This document shows positions 21,076 through 31,777 of a DNA stretch of 64,000 bases, in pieces (within the stretch, counting starts at the first letter, position 1; every line of letters begins with the position of its first letter). The translations under genes and the position numbers were made by a program. Source of the stretch: an uncultured Spirochaetota bacterium (lineage in GTDB: Bacteria > Spirochaetota > Spirochaetia > SZUA-6 > Fen-1364); the NCBI GenBank assembly GCA_963745235.1, contig CAVUXE010000011.1, positions 44,719-108,718 of the forward strand, written 5' to 3'. Under the pieces are notes generated by a model that was not told where the DNA came from, did not search any database, and worked only from the letters and a program-made list of their open reading frames with translations.

Positions 21076-22287
21076 ATGACAAGAAAAGACTCATTCAACC
21101 TGGACCGTCACCAGGCTCCCCCTACGATGAGCAGGGAGGAGCTGGAAGGGAAGCTCGCCCACCTGCGCATGGTCCTGGAGCGCAGGGGCCGCGAGGCGAT
21201 CCTCCTGAGCCAGGAAGGGGCGTTGCGCTGGCTGACCGGCATCCGGCACCAGATCGTCGACATTGCCCCGGACGCGGAAAGTCCGGTCAGCGCCTTTGTG
21301 CGCCTTCGCCCGGGGGCCACGGAGCTGACGTTCGTCACCACGCGCATCGAGATGCCGAGGATTCGAGACCAGCTGCCCGAGGTCTTCAGCGGAGTCACTG
21401 GCGTGACGATCGACTTCCGGCAGTCGCCTCTTGTGCCGCCTGCCAACGCGCTCGTTCCGGGGCGCGATGGCTACGACGAGGCGCTGTCGGAGATCGTTCG
21501 TCCCCTTCTTGGCGGAGTGGAAGGAAACCAGCTTCAGAAGCTGGAATGGCTGTACGCGATGACGCAGGCCGTGCTCATCGAGACCGCCTTGGGGCTTGGG
21601 CCTGGAATGAATGGCGCTGAAGTAAGAGGGCTGCTGCTCAGCAACCTCGCCGCACATGACGTGGAAAGTAATCTTATCCTCGTCGCTCTTGCTGGCCAGG
21701 AAAAGCACTTTCATCCATCATATAGCTCGCGCTACCGGACGGAGCGCGGCTGTTGGGTAAAGCTCGTAGCCGGCGGACGCTATGCCGAGCTAATCGCGTC
21801 GACAACGGTCATGGTCAGAATTGTATCTTCCCCATCGCCGGAAGAAGCCTGCGCATACGCGGCGCTCCAGCGCGGCACCGTGGAGTATGCCGATCTGTAT
21901 TGCAGCGACGCGATCGAGTCGGAAATGTACACGGCCGTGGGAAAACGCTTCCTGAAGATCGAGAAGGAAACGGGGCTCAAAGGCTTTCAGCCGTCAGCCT
22001 ATTTCCACCACATGGGCGGGCCGACAAGTCCCCTGGGAAACCGCGACTACCTCCTGGAGCCTGGAGGCTCGCACCGGATGTTTCCCTGGATGCAGTTCGC
22101 CATCAATCCCTGTGACGTGCTCCAGTATACGAAGGTGGAGCTGCAGGGCATCGTCATGCCCGAGGGCCCCCCGCGGATGCTCGATGGGTCGCGCTTCGTG
22201 TCGCAGGACCTCGGGCTGTTCTCCGAGGTGCACGCCCAGGGCGGTACAGTTGCTAGAGTCGCCAATATCGTCGAAGCTCGCGGGTGA
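21076..22287 (+). CDS. M24/creatinase-fold protein of unknown function
   Basis: Creatinase-like N-terminus (AILLSQEGALRWLTG); HHMGG, FAINP and TKVE C-terminal motifs. Confidence 0.6.
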   Translation: MTRKDSFNLDRHQAPPTMSREELEGKLAHLRMVLERRGREAILLSQEGALRWLTGIRHQIVDIAPDAESPVSAFVRLRPGATELTFVTTRIEMPRIRDQLPEVFSGVTGVTIDFRQSPLVPPANALVPGRDGYDEALSEIVRPLLGGVEGNQLQKLEWLYAMTQAVLIETALGLGPGMNGAEVRGLLLSNLAAHDVESNLILVALAGQEKHFHPSYSSRYRTERGCWVKLVAGGRYAELIASTTVMVRIVSSPSPEEACAYAALQRGTVEYADLYCSDAIESEMYTAVGKRFLKIEKETGLKGFQPSAYFHHMGGPTSPLGNRDYLLEPGGSHRMFPWMQFAINPCDVLQYTKVELQGIVMPEGPPRMLDGSRFVSQDLGLFSEVHAQGGTVARVANIVEARG

Positions 22288-22578
22288 GAGCGTGTCGACA
22301 AGACCTATGACGCATATGCACAGGCGGATGCGCTGGTCACTATCATGGGCGAGCTCATGGCGGGGCAGCAGGTTCAGGGAGTGCACTTTGTTCCGGGACG
22401 CGTTGCGACTCCAGCGAACATCGAGGACCTGCCGGGTGTTTGGGCACGGGATAATCACGACTGACAAGCGCCCCATGGGGTTGCTGCATTAATGCGGCCG
22501 CGGCTGCCTCGCACTTTAATGAGCAGACACACGTGGGCTGCGATCAAATGGGCGAGCAGGATCAGAGTGGGTCAATTC

Positions 22579-22986
22579 ATGAGAAAGTATCGCGTAGAGC
22601 TGCTGACTTTCTCCGATGGGCGTGGATACCAATACGAGCAACTTCTGCCCATTAACAGGGACTACCAGCGGCGCGTAAAAGAGGCAATCGAGGGAACCGG
22701 GGAAACAACGGTCATCGAAGGGCGAGAGATCATCGGGAACAACGCAACCCCTCGCGTGGAGGCCAGCCGGATCGAGCAAGCTGGCGTTGATGTGGTCATC
22801 TTCAACTACGCTATTTGGTGCTTTCCCCACCTCTCTGCGATCGCAGCTAAGGCTGATTCCTCTCCCGATCCTGCTTTTCTCGAATCTAAACCCCTCGGAG
22901 CTATGCATGGTGGGAATGCTTGTAAGCGCAGGCACTATGGATCAGCTTGTAAGCGCAGAGGAGTTGCTTTCAAACTTCCCCTGTAA
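22579..22986 (+). pseudogene. L-fucose/L-arabinose isomerase family, N-terminal fragment
   Basis: LLTFSDGR...IFNYAIWCFPH...LCMVGML; frameshifted and truncated after about 125 aa. Confidence 0.7.
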
Positions 22987-23112
22987 CCAAATTCACGGAG
23001 TCTACGGAGATTTCAAGGGAAATGATCGCGGTTGGAAAAATCATGAGGATTGAAACCCGGCTTTTCGGCACCGGTCAGAACACATCCCTCGCCGGAATAA
23101 GAGAGGATTCGA

Positions 23113-23979
23113 ATGATGAATAAGGTGGGAATATATTATGCGTACTGGGAACACAACTGGGACGCAGATTTCGTGCCCTACCTTTCAAGGGCGAAAGGAC
23201 TGGGTTTTGACGTTCTGGAGATCAACGCAGGAACCCTTGCGACGCTCAGCATCTCCGAGAGGAAGCGACTTCGCGCCGCCTCTCTTGAGACCGGGGTGCC
23301 GATGAGTTGCTGCTTTGGGCTTCCGCCCTCCTCAGATATGGCCTCCTCCAACCCCGGGGTGAGGAAGGCAGGGCTTGCGCACCTCGGCCGGATCGCCGAC
23401 GCCATGGTGGACTGTGGCATAGATCGCCTGACAGGCCCAATTTACTCTTGCTGGCCTGGCACGCTCGAGGGACGACAGGGTAGTAAGCAGCAGGCGCTCG
23501 AATGGAGCGTCGCCGGAATGAAGGAAGCAATGAAGAAAGCTGAAGACCTTGGTTTTACGTACCATCTGGAAGTGCTGAATCGCTTCGAGCAGTTCCTCCT
23601 GAACACGGCGGAAGAGGCGGTCGCGTATATACAACGTGTTGGAAGCCCAAGCCTCAGGATTCTCCTTGATACATATCACATGAATATTGAGGAGGACAGT
23701 TTTGAGGGAGCGATCAAAACTGCGGGGAAGTTGCTCGGTCACCTCCACACAGGAGAGAGCAACCGCAAGCCACCCGGCCGTGGCCATATTCCATGGAAGG
23801 AGATAGGCTCGGCATTGAAGGAGGTCAGCTTTGATGGATGGGTCGTCATGGAACCTTTCCTCATGCCCGGCGGCGAGGTCGGTCGGGACATTCGGGTGAA
23901 CCGGGAATTAATGCCTCAGGCCGACCTCGACGCTGAGGCACGCAGGGCGTGCGCTTTTACGAGGGAATTTCTCAGCTAG
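23113..23979 (+). CDS. dpe: D-psicose/D-tagatose 3-epimerase family protein
   Basis: GIYYAYWEHNW, LEVLNRFE, LDTYHMNIEE, HTGESNRKPPG and VMEPF. Confidence 0.9.
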   Translation: MMNKVGIYYAYWEHNWDADFVPYLSRAKGLGFDVLEINAGTLATLSISERKRLRAASLETGVPMSCCFGLPPSSDMASSNPGVRKAGLAHLGRIADAMVDCGIDRLTGPIYSCWPGTLEGRQGSKQQALEWSVAGMKEAMKKAEDLGFTYHLEVLNRFEQFLLNTAEEAVAYIQRVGSPSLRILLDTYHMNIEEDSFEGAIKTAGKLLGHLHTGESNRKPPGRGHIPWKEIGSALKEVSFDGWVVMEPFLMPGGEVGRDIRVNRELMPQADLDAEARRACAFTREFLS

Positions 23980-24184
23980 TGAGACTTGATTCGGACAGCT
24001 TCATTATCCTCCTCCGGCGAACGAGATCCGACTGAAACGGGAGCGCCTCTTCAAAACAGACATTTTTGTTGCACAGCCAACGGCGTAGTGCTGACACCAT
24101 CCTCGAGAGCAACTAGGGCAACAAGGTTTGTTCAAGTTAGGGGACCTTCTCCGTCCGCGGAGCACATTAATATTAATGTACAGC

Positions 24185-25167
24185 GCAAGAGTCGTGGCGC
24201 CGCACATCTCTTCCGCCATGGCCTCGCCACCAGAATGATTCGTAACGGTGCTTCCATTGCCGAGATCTTACAGGTCCTTCGACATCGCTCCCCAGACAGC
24301 ACCCTCATTTATGCAAAGGTCGCCTTCGAAGCGTTGCGTGGGATTGCTCGACCCTGGCCCGCACTAGGAGGTCGGTGCGCTGAGTGACCTTCGCGATGCT
24401 CTCACAAAGTACGTAGCAATCCGCCGTGCGTTGGGCAGCAAGCTGGGCGAACCTGCCCAAACTCTTGGTCACTTCGTGGAGTTTCTCGAAAGCGAAGAAG
24501 CGCTGTTTATTACCACAGACCTTGCGCAGCGCTGGGCACAGCTGCCCCAAGGGGTGCAGCGGGCCACCTGGCACGAAGGCTTGGCATGGTACGACAGTTC
24601 GCCCTTTGGCTGAGCACACTCGACCCCCGCACTGAAGTTCCGCCTCGACGGATATTGGAAGCCCGTCGTCAGCGCAATAAACCGCATATCTTTACCGAGT
24701 ATGATATGAGATTGGGCGGACTGATGGCAGAAGCCGCGCGATTGCCCTCGTGAAATCACACGGGCTTGCGGGCGCTGATTTATGTCACGCTTATCGGGCT
24801 TCTTGCGGCGACCGATCTTCGAGTATCAGAAGCGTTTGCTCTCGATACTTTCGATGTCGATCTTCAAAACGCCGTGGTAACGATCCGTCAGTCAAAGTTC
24901 GGCAAATCTCGCTTCGTCCCAGTCCACGACTCTACACGCGCGGCCCTCGCTCGCTACAAAGATCGACGCGACGAGTTGTGTCCGCTACGTCGTACCGACG
25001 CGTTCCTGGTCTCGGATCGCGGGAGACGGCTTCAAAGCGGTACCGCCAGTCGCACTTTCGCTAGAATATCCTGCGCCGTCGGTCTACGGCCAGCGGCAGA
25101 AGGCCGGCGCTACGCACGCGGCCCAAGGCTCCAAGATCTGCGGCATTGGCTCAGAGCTAATTCCTAG
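24185..25167 (+). mobile_element. Remnant of a RIT (recombinase-in-trio) element: end of integrase A plus a frameshifted, truncated integrase B
   Basis: HLFRHGLAT...LRHRSPDSTLIYAKV...PWP overlaps the start of a second tyrosine recombinase (YVAIRRALG, LRVSEA, SKFGKSR, RLQDLRH) that is cut before its catalytic Tyr. Confidence 0.8.
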
Positions 25168-25900
25168 CCACCCAATTCAAGAGCCTATTCCAAAATAGAC
25201 CGTAGTTGATCCAATTAACAAACTCCGGCGGCCCCCAGTGCGGAGCACAGTCCGAAGTAAAGACTGCTGTCCGGCCCTTTCCGGAGTCACGAACAGCAAT
25301 AAATGGATCCTCACCGAACTTCGCGAGCACTTGACCTTCCGGTATCTCGATAGTTCTGTTATAACCAAGAAAGCGTGGCCAATCACCCAGTTCTGCCATT
25401 ACTGGATGCGCCGAGTTTAAAACCTTTGGCTGAATGCCATTTGGCTTCTCGATGCGATCATCCACGTCAAGCATCTTGACCGGCAGCACGTCCGCCAAGG
25501 GCGTGACACCATAACGAGCCTTTGCGTCGATGCCTGAGAACGACATATAGCCTCCGATCATGATTAGACCGCCTCCTAACAAGACGTATTCTCTAAGAAC
25601 TTCACAACGGTCAGGCACAATCTGGCTCCTATTGAACGTTGCCGAGGACAACAAGAGCGAATTGGAGCCTATGTCCGACAGAATCACAACGTCATAGGAT
25701 ACAAGTTCTTCTATAGAGCTCGGAAACACCTCACAAACTTTGTGTCCAGGTATATGTACTACATCCCAGCCGCCGTGTATCAACGCATTGCGAATCCATT
25801 CAACGCCCTCTTCGTACTCACAAGTAGTAAAGATGTCAAAACCTTTGATGTGAGTCGTTTGCTTCATCCAGGATTCTCCCGCGATAATTGCCCTCTTCAT
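25157..25900 (-). CDS. Glutamine amidotransferase-like (GATase1-like/DUF1355) protein
   Basis: AGESW...HIKGFD, YDVVILSDIGSNSLL, MIGGYMSFSG and SDCAPHW. Confidence 0.85.
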   Translation of the reverse strand: MKRAIIAGESWMKQTTHIKGFDIFTTCEYEEGVEWIRNALIHGGWDVVHIPGHKVCEVFPSSIEELVSYDVVILSDIGSNSLLLSSATFNRSQIVPDRCEVLREYVLLGGGLIMIGGYMSFSGIDAKARYGVTPLADVLPVKMLDVDDRIEKPNGIQPKVLNSAHPVMAELGDWPRFLGYNRTIEIPEGQVLAKFGEDPFIAVRDSGKGRTAVFTSDCAPHWGPPEFVNWINYGLFWNRLLNWVARN

Positions 25901-27213
25901 TTTGTCTCCTGTCCTTCCTCTTTTTGTTTTTCACTGCACCAGTCCAATATCAAAGTGGCGTAAAATAGGATGAAATCCATATAGTCCCTAACCTCAATAC
26001 TTTCATTAACGGTATGGCATTGACTTAAGCTTCCAGGTCCCGCAATAATTGTTGGAAGACCCCCTATGGTCTTAAGCAGTCGGGCATCATTTCCCGCTGC
26101 ACAGCCAGATATTGGTGCATTGCCGAGCGTTTTTGCCATACAACGCTCCGCTGTCTTCAGGAACGGAGAAGATTTCTCTTGCTCGAAGGCGCCGCCTGCC
26201 TGATAGACATTTGTGACTGGCTTGTGTTTTCTTAGCCACTCGTCGCCTTCAGCGCGCCTATTCAATGTTCCAACAACTTCTTTCTCAACCGAGGAATAGC
26301 TCATAACTTTCGGCAGATAGTGAACACAAGTCTTGAAAATGCACCGATCAGGGACCGTCGATCCGGCCGTGCCACCGTTAATCACTCCTATATTCAGTGT
26401 GGGCGGGGGCAGAAGCGGATGCTTATAGCGCATTAGCCACTCGCGCTCCATGTCGCGTAAAGCTTGGATTAGCAGGATGGCCTTTTCGATCGCGTTAATA
26501 CCGTCCCACTTCTTTCCCGAATGGCACGCCATACCCTGCACTGAGATCTGGAAAAACACGAACCCCATATGCGCGAGAGTAATGCTTCGATCTGATGGTT
26601 CGCACACGACGGCAGCGTCAGCCCGGTGGCCGGCAAGCATGGCTGCAAGAGACCCGTTGCCGCCACCTTCCTCATCTACGACAGAAAGGATTGTCACATC
26701 TCCCGGAAGCTCTCGACCGGCGTCTTTTAGGAGCTTGAGCGACATAGAAGCGGCGGCGAGCCCGGCCTTCATATCGCAGACACCGAGACCCCGTACACGC
26801 TCTCCCTCGGGAGTCAACACGTACGGATCAGATTTCCACAACGATACATCGCCCGGTGGCATCGTATCCACATGACAATCGAAGAGAATTGATCTTCCTC
26901 CTTTGCGGCCAGCGAAATGCGCAACGAGATTGTAGCGATCCCCCTTCTGGTAATTATGACCTAGATTGCCTTCTCCGTAATTCTCTATTCCTCGCTGAAT
27001 AATCTCTTCCGTCAGAGCCTCAGTGTGAACATCGCCATCAAGTGAGTCATAGAGATTCCTGAGGTATTCTTGGCCGTTCTTCTCAAATCCGCCCGATACG
27101 CCATGGTCCAATACTTGGGTGTTCCGAGAGACAAGCTCACTCAAACATTCAAGATACTCTTCTCGATGCTCCTTCAAGACCCGCTTCAGTTCATTTAAAG
27201 TGGTCTTAGTCAT
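25897..27213 (-). CDS. M20 ArgE/DapE-family deacylase
   Basis: HVDT, GVCDMKAG, VDEEGGG, CEP and terminal H motifs. Confidence 0.9.
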   Translation of the reverse strand: MTKTTLNELKRVLKEHREEYLECLSELVSRNTQVLDHGVSGGFEKNGQEYLRNLYDSLDGDVHTEALTEEIIQRGIENYGEGNLGHNYQKGDRYNLVAHFAGRKGGRSILFDCHVDTMPPGDVSLWKSDPYVLTPEGERVRGLGVCDMKAGLAAASMSLKLLKDAGRELPGDVTILSVVDEEGGGNGSLAAMLAGHRADAAVVCEPSDRSITLAHMGFVFFQISVQGMACHSGKKWDGINAIEKAILLIQALRDMEREWLMRYKHPLLPPPTLNIGVINGGTAGSTVPDRCIFKTCVHYLPKVMSYSSVEKEVVGTLNRRAEGDEWLRKHKPVTNVYQAGGAFEQEKSSPFLKTAERCMAKTLGNAPISGCAAGNDARLLKTIGGLPTIIAGPGSLSQCHTVNESIEVRDYMDFILFYATLILDWCSEKQKEEGQETK

Positions 27214-28156
27214 AGCGTTTATAGGTGTTGTAAATAATGTCCCAGAATTTCCGGAAGTCGAGCTTCGTAGCCACTTGCGCGTTTGGTGCCCTCTTAGTTA
27301 TGCCAAAATAGTCGCAGCACGTGCGCCCGTAGGTTTGCTCTCCTCTTAGCTCAATCACTACATGCATGGGCTTGGTCTCGATGCAAGTCGGATCGATCAG
27401 CCAAGCAATTGTTGTTGGATCGTGAAGCGGTGGAGCGTCCCAACCGAAGACTTCCTTCTGCGTCTTGGAAAAAAACTCCATAAGCTCTGAGAAAAGGATC
27501 GCCGCTCTGTTGCCTAGGGACCTAATACGGCTCACTTCCTCTTTGGTTGCCAACGCTTGCCGAGTAAGATCGAGTCCCATCATCGTAATCGGCCTTCCGG
27601 ACGTAAATACGATGTGGGCCGCTTCCGGATCTGCGTGGATGTTGAACTCGGCTGCTGGAGTTACATTACCAAGCTGATAGGAGCCTCCCATTAGTACGAT
27701 CTGCTCAATCTTCGGCAAAATCTTGGGCTCTTTCCGCATGGCCATCGCAATATTGGTTAGAGGACCAGTCGGCACCAGGGTTATGTCGCCAGCTGACTTC
27801 ACAAGCAACTCGATGATGAGGTCGACGGCATGGCGAGAGTCCAAAGGAACCGTCGGTTCCCCAAAGTGGGGCCCGTCAAGCCCCGTCTGGCCATGAACGT
27901 CCGCAGCAGTTATCGCTTCTCGAACCATAGGCCGCGACATCCCCGCAGCGACAGGAATTCCTCGAATCCCTGCAACAGTACACACGTTACGAGCATTTCG
28001 AACGGTCTTCTCAAGGGTCTGATTGCCGGCCACAACCGTAATAGCTAGCAGGTCAAGATTCGGCGCTGCTGCTGCGAGCATGATCGCTGCTGCATCGTCG
28101 TGACCCGGATCGACATCGAGAATGATCTTTCTGCGATTTTCATGCATGATGCTCAT
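27206..28156 (-). CDS. Nucleoside hydrolase (IU-NH, RihA/B-like)
   Basis: DVDPGHDD, TGPLTN, AEFN and LHDP. Confidence 0.93.
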   Translation of the reverse strand: MSIMHENRRKIILDVDPGHDDAAAIMLAAAAPNLDLLAITVVAGNQTLEKTVRNARNVCTVAGIRGIPVAAGMSRPMVREAITAADVHGQTGLDGPHFGEPTVPLDSRHAVDLIIELLVKSAGDITLVPTGPLTNIAMAMRKEPKILPKIEQIVLMGGSYQLGNVTPAAEFNIHADPEAAHIVFTSGRPITMMGLDLTRQALATKEEVSRIRSLGNRAAILFSELMEFFSKTQKEVFGWDAPPLHDPTTIAWLIDPTCIETKPMHVVIELRGEQTYGRTCCDYFGITKRAPNAQVATKLDFRKFWDIIYNTYKRYD

Positions 28157-29120
28157 TCCTCCTGCTAGCTTGATTTTCGCCGGCAATCGCACTCTTTCTG
28201 CGTCGCAAAGTGCTGGCATAACGCGCCATGGCGACCGCCAACACAACGACAGTCATTACGTACGGTATCATTAAGATGAATTGAGACGGCAAGCCAAAAG
28301 ACTGGAGATTAGACGCTACAGAGTCAGTAAACCCAAATATCAAGCAGCCGACCCATGCAAGTATCGGCGTCGCTCCACCGAAAAACATCGCAGCAACACC
28401 CATGAATCCTCTGCCATTAGTCATGTTTTCGGAGAATAACTGCGAATAACCGAGGGATAGGTGCGCTCCAGCGATACCTCCTATAACACCCGACCAGAGG
28501 ATTACCTCAAATTTCCGCCGATAAACGTTGATGCCAGCGGTTGCCGAAGCCATAGGGTTAAGGCCAACGCTCCGCAATCTGAGACCCCAAACGGTCCGGT
28601 AGAGCATGAAGCTCAGTAAAAACACGAACGGTATGCCTAAGAGCTCAAACATAGAGTACCCCGAAAAGAGGCTTTTCAGTGTATCATTATTCTGCAAGAA
28701 ACCAAACTCCAAACGCGGCAAAGGCACGATCGCTTTGCTGTAAAAACTGCCGGACACTTTCAACGTTCTTTGCAAAGAAAAGCGTGTAAGAGCTATCGCC
28801 AATATGTTGATGGCCATGCCAACAGCAAATACGTCTGCTTTGAAATTGAGATGCGCAATACCGATCACTACTGAGAACAAAAGCCCCACGCTGACCGCCG
28901 CAAGCAGCGCTATGCCCCAACTGCCCGTGAAATAGCTGGTTAGCACGGCAACAAATGCACTTGTGAGCATCGTACCTTCTACCCCAACATTGAGAATATC
29001 GGCCTGCTGCGTGATCACGCAAGACATTGCGGCAAAAAGGACCGGCGTGGACGAACGAATCGTAGAGTGAATAAGCGTCACGTTGAAGATTAAGGGAAGG
29101 TTAATCAATATGTTTTTCAT
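28140..29120 (-). CDS. Nucleoside ABC permease
   Basis: NVGVEG, GLRLRSVG and MTNGRGF. Confidence 0.9.
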   Translation of the reverse strand: MKNILINLPLIFNVTLIHSTIRSSTPVLFAAMSCVITQQADILNVGVEGTMLTSAFVAVLTSYFTGSWGIALLAAVSVGLLFSVVIGIAHLNFKADVFAVGMAINILAIALTRFSLQRTLKVSGSFYSKAIVPLPRLEFGFLQNNDTLKSLFSGYSMFELLGIPFVFLLSFMLYRTVWGLRLRSVGLNPMASATAGINVYRRKFEVILWSGVIGGIAGAHLSLGYSQLFSENMTNGRGFMGVAAMFFGGATPILAWVGCLIFGFTDSVASNLQSFGLPSQFILMIPYVMTVVVLAVAMARYASTLRRRKSAIAGENQASRRNEHHA

Positions 29121-29124
29121 GACT

Positions 29125-30175
29125 TCATTCCCTTAGCTCCTCTTTTTGAGCCGCACGAGCCCCTGGCCTTTTGGTCCGCAGCGTGTGGAGTACCTCAAGA
29201 GATGCTAGAAGAATAAAAAGGGCAATAATGGCGTCAAGAAGGGATTTAGGCACTCCTGTGAAACGCTCCATGCCAAGAGCACCCGTCTTCAGTATGGCCA
29301 GAAAGAATGCAAGAATAGGGACTAGACGCAGATCGTTTTTTGCGATTAAGGCGGCCAACAGGCCATCAAAAGCGATTCCGGATGAAAAACTGTCAAGGAA
29401 ATAGCCATAAATGCCCATTACTTCGATTGATCCTGCGAGACCGCCTAAACCACCACTTATCGCCATTCCCAGGACCATGATAAATGGCGCGTTAATACCT
29501 ACAACGCGAGAGTATCCTGCATTGGTGCCGACGCTTCTGATTTTGTAACCAAGAGTTGTGCGTTCGATCGTCCACCACACTAACAAATAAAACACCAGTG
29601 CTATGAATAGACCAATGTTTGCTCGGCTGGGATGCATGAATTGGTACAGCGTCGCCGTGGCAGCTATTGGAGGCGTCGACGGGATTCCTGTTTTTGCAGA
29701 GAAAATGTAGTTCGCCACATACGATGTAAAAAAAATCGCTACATAGTTAAGAAGTATTGTCGTACAAACTTCGTTCACATTCCAATAAGCCTTTAGAGCG
29801 CCTGCGATGGCAGCCCATAGCGCACCTGACGCTATAGCTACAGCAAAGCACAATGAGATGTGGAGCAGCATCGGCAAGCCTTTGAACGCAACACCCGCCC
29901 ACGCAGCCGCAATAGCTCCCAAATAGAGTTCGCCTTCGACACCAACATTAAAGACGGCGACCTTCGAGGATACGGCAAACGCCAGTGAGGTAAGTAGAAG
30001 AGGAACAAAACGTTCCAGAGTTCCTCCCAAACTAAGCTTGCCGACGAAAGCTCCTTTGAAGAGTTCATAGTAAGCCTGCATAGGATTGTAGCCCATACCG
30101 ACCATTACCTAGCGCCCCTAGCCCAAGGGAGAGCACAATAGTAAAAAGAGTGTTCTTCAGGGAATCTTTAAACAT
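29125..30175 (-). CDS. Nucleoside ABC permease (frameshift near the 5' end)
   Basis: FNVGVEG, NEVCTTILLNY and GIAFDG. The start MFKDSLKN is in a different frame. Confidence 0.85.
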
Positions 30176-31703
30176 TCGTTGTCGCGCCCGTCATGAGTAG
30201 CCCCAGTTTCTCCTCATTAGCTTCCGAGACACTTAATTCTCCAGTAATGCGACCTTCGTACATAACTACGATGCGGTCCGACAGAGATAGTATTTCTTCA
30301 AGGTCTGCCGATACTAGCAGGACTGCGGCCCCTTTTTCCCTTGCTGCAACAAGTTCCTGATGGATACTCTCTACCGCGCCGATGTCGACTCCACGGGTCG
30401 GTTGGGAAGCCAATAAGAATGGCGCCTCTTCGCTGATTTCCCTTGCGACTACAACCTTCTGGGCGTTCCCACCAGAAAGAGAGGCCGCGGCCGCATCTAT
30501 CACGGGGGGGCGAATATCGAAACGCTCAATCAACTTGCGCACAAAAGAGAACACTGCTCTCTGTCGTATTACGCCCCAGCTCGAAAATGGGCGTCTCCGG
30601 AAAGAATCTCCTATCAAGTTCTCTTTGACTGTAAGGAAGAGGTTAACACCTTGTGCATTTCTGTCCTCCGGGATGTACGCCAACCCCGTCTTTCTAATCT
30701 TGAGCGTTTTCTTGTTCTGTACAGGCGAACCCATCAAGAGTATTCGGCCCCGCTCGACCGGGCGCAACCCGGCGATTGCCTCCACTAGTTCGGATTGGCC
30801 ATTTCCATCCACACCAGCTAAACCGAGAATCTCGCCAGCGTGCACCACTAATGATACGCCTCTAAGTTTGGAAAGCTCCTTCTCACCCGGGACGTAGATT
30901 TTCTCCATTGAAAGAACCTCCTCACGCCCACCATGACGCTCTCCTTTTGGTGGCGTAAGAAAGACGTCTCGCCCGACCATAAGCCTTGCCAAATCAGGAA
31001 TAGAAGTGTTCGCTTTATTGACTGTCGTAATATGCCTGCCACGCCGCATAACTGTTATTCTATCGCTTATACTCATCACCTCTCGCAGTTTATGAGATAT
31101 GAAAACGATGGATTGACCACCTTTGCGCATGAGGTCGAGAATTTCAAATAATTTCTCCGTCTCCTGTGGCGTCAAAACAGACGTGGGTTCATCGAGGATA
31201 AGGATATTCGCGCCGCGGTAGAGAGCTTTTATGATCTCAACTCGCTGCGCCTCCCCGACCGAAACATCACGAGCGAGTCTACCCTGTTCGATTTCTAGCC
31301 CGTACGTGTCTACAAAATGGCGTATTCGCCGACGAGCGTCTGCAAAGTCTATTCGTTGGCCCCTGCGTGGCTCGAAACCGAGAATTATATTCTCTAAGAC
31401 TGTCATTTCTTTCACCAGCATGAATTCCTGATGAACCATGCCGATATCCAAGCTAATGGCAGTAGCCGGGGTTAGATATGCAAAAGATCTCCCCCTTACT
31501 CGGATTTCACCTTCGTCCGGACGATGGATACCGTAAAGAATTTTCATAAGGGTCGATTTGCCCGCTCCGTTTTCGCCGATGAGGGAATGAATTTCTCCGG
31601 AATAGAGGTCGAAGTGGCCATCCACGACGGCGCGAACATTCGCAAACGTCTTATATATGCCAGCCATTTCGACGAGGCGACTATTGGACCGAACGTTCGA
31701 CAT
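30168..31703 (-). CDS. Nucleoside ABC ATP-binding protein
   Basis: GENGAGKST, LDEPT, LSGGNAQK and QPTRGVD. Confidence 0.93.
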   Translation of the reverse strand: MSNVRSNSRLVEMAGIYKTFANVRAVVDGHFDLYSGEIHSLIGENGAGKSTLMKILYGIHRPDEGEIRVRGRSFAYLTPATAISLDIGMVHQEFMLVKEMTVLENIILGFEPRRGQRIDFADARRRIRHFVDTYGLEIEQGRLARDVSVGEAQRVEIIKALYRGANILILDEPTSVLTPQETEKLFEILDLMRKGGQSIVFISHKLREVMSISDRITVMRRGRHITTVNKANTSIPDLARLMVGRDVFLTPPKGERHGGREEVLSMEKIYVPGEKELSKLRGVSLVVHAGEILGLAGVDGNGQSELVEAIAGLRPVERGRILLMGSPVQNKKTLKIRKTGLAYIPEDRNAQGVNLFLTVKENLIGDSFRRRPFSSWGVIRQRAVFSFVRKLIERFDIRPPVIDAAAASLSGGNAQKVVVAREISEEAPFLLASQPTRGVDIGAVESIHQELVAAREKGAAVLLVSADLEEILSLSDRIVVMYEGRITGELSVSEANEEKLGLLMTGATTNV

Positions 31704-31777
31704 TTAGGTAGTCTTCCAAAAGAATGCTCCCCTCCCCGGCATGAAGCGCAGGGAGGGGTAGTAGGATCAACTAATTA

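Noticed and set aside
31728-31758. GC hairpin as an ncRNA or riboswitch
   Set aside because: It is a simple stem after a binding-protein gene, typical of mRNA-stabilising hairpins in ABC operons.
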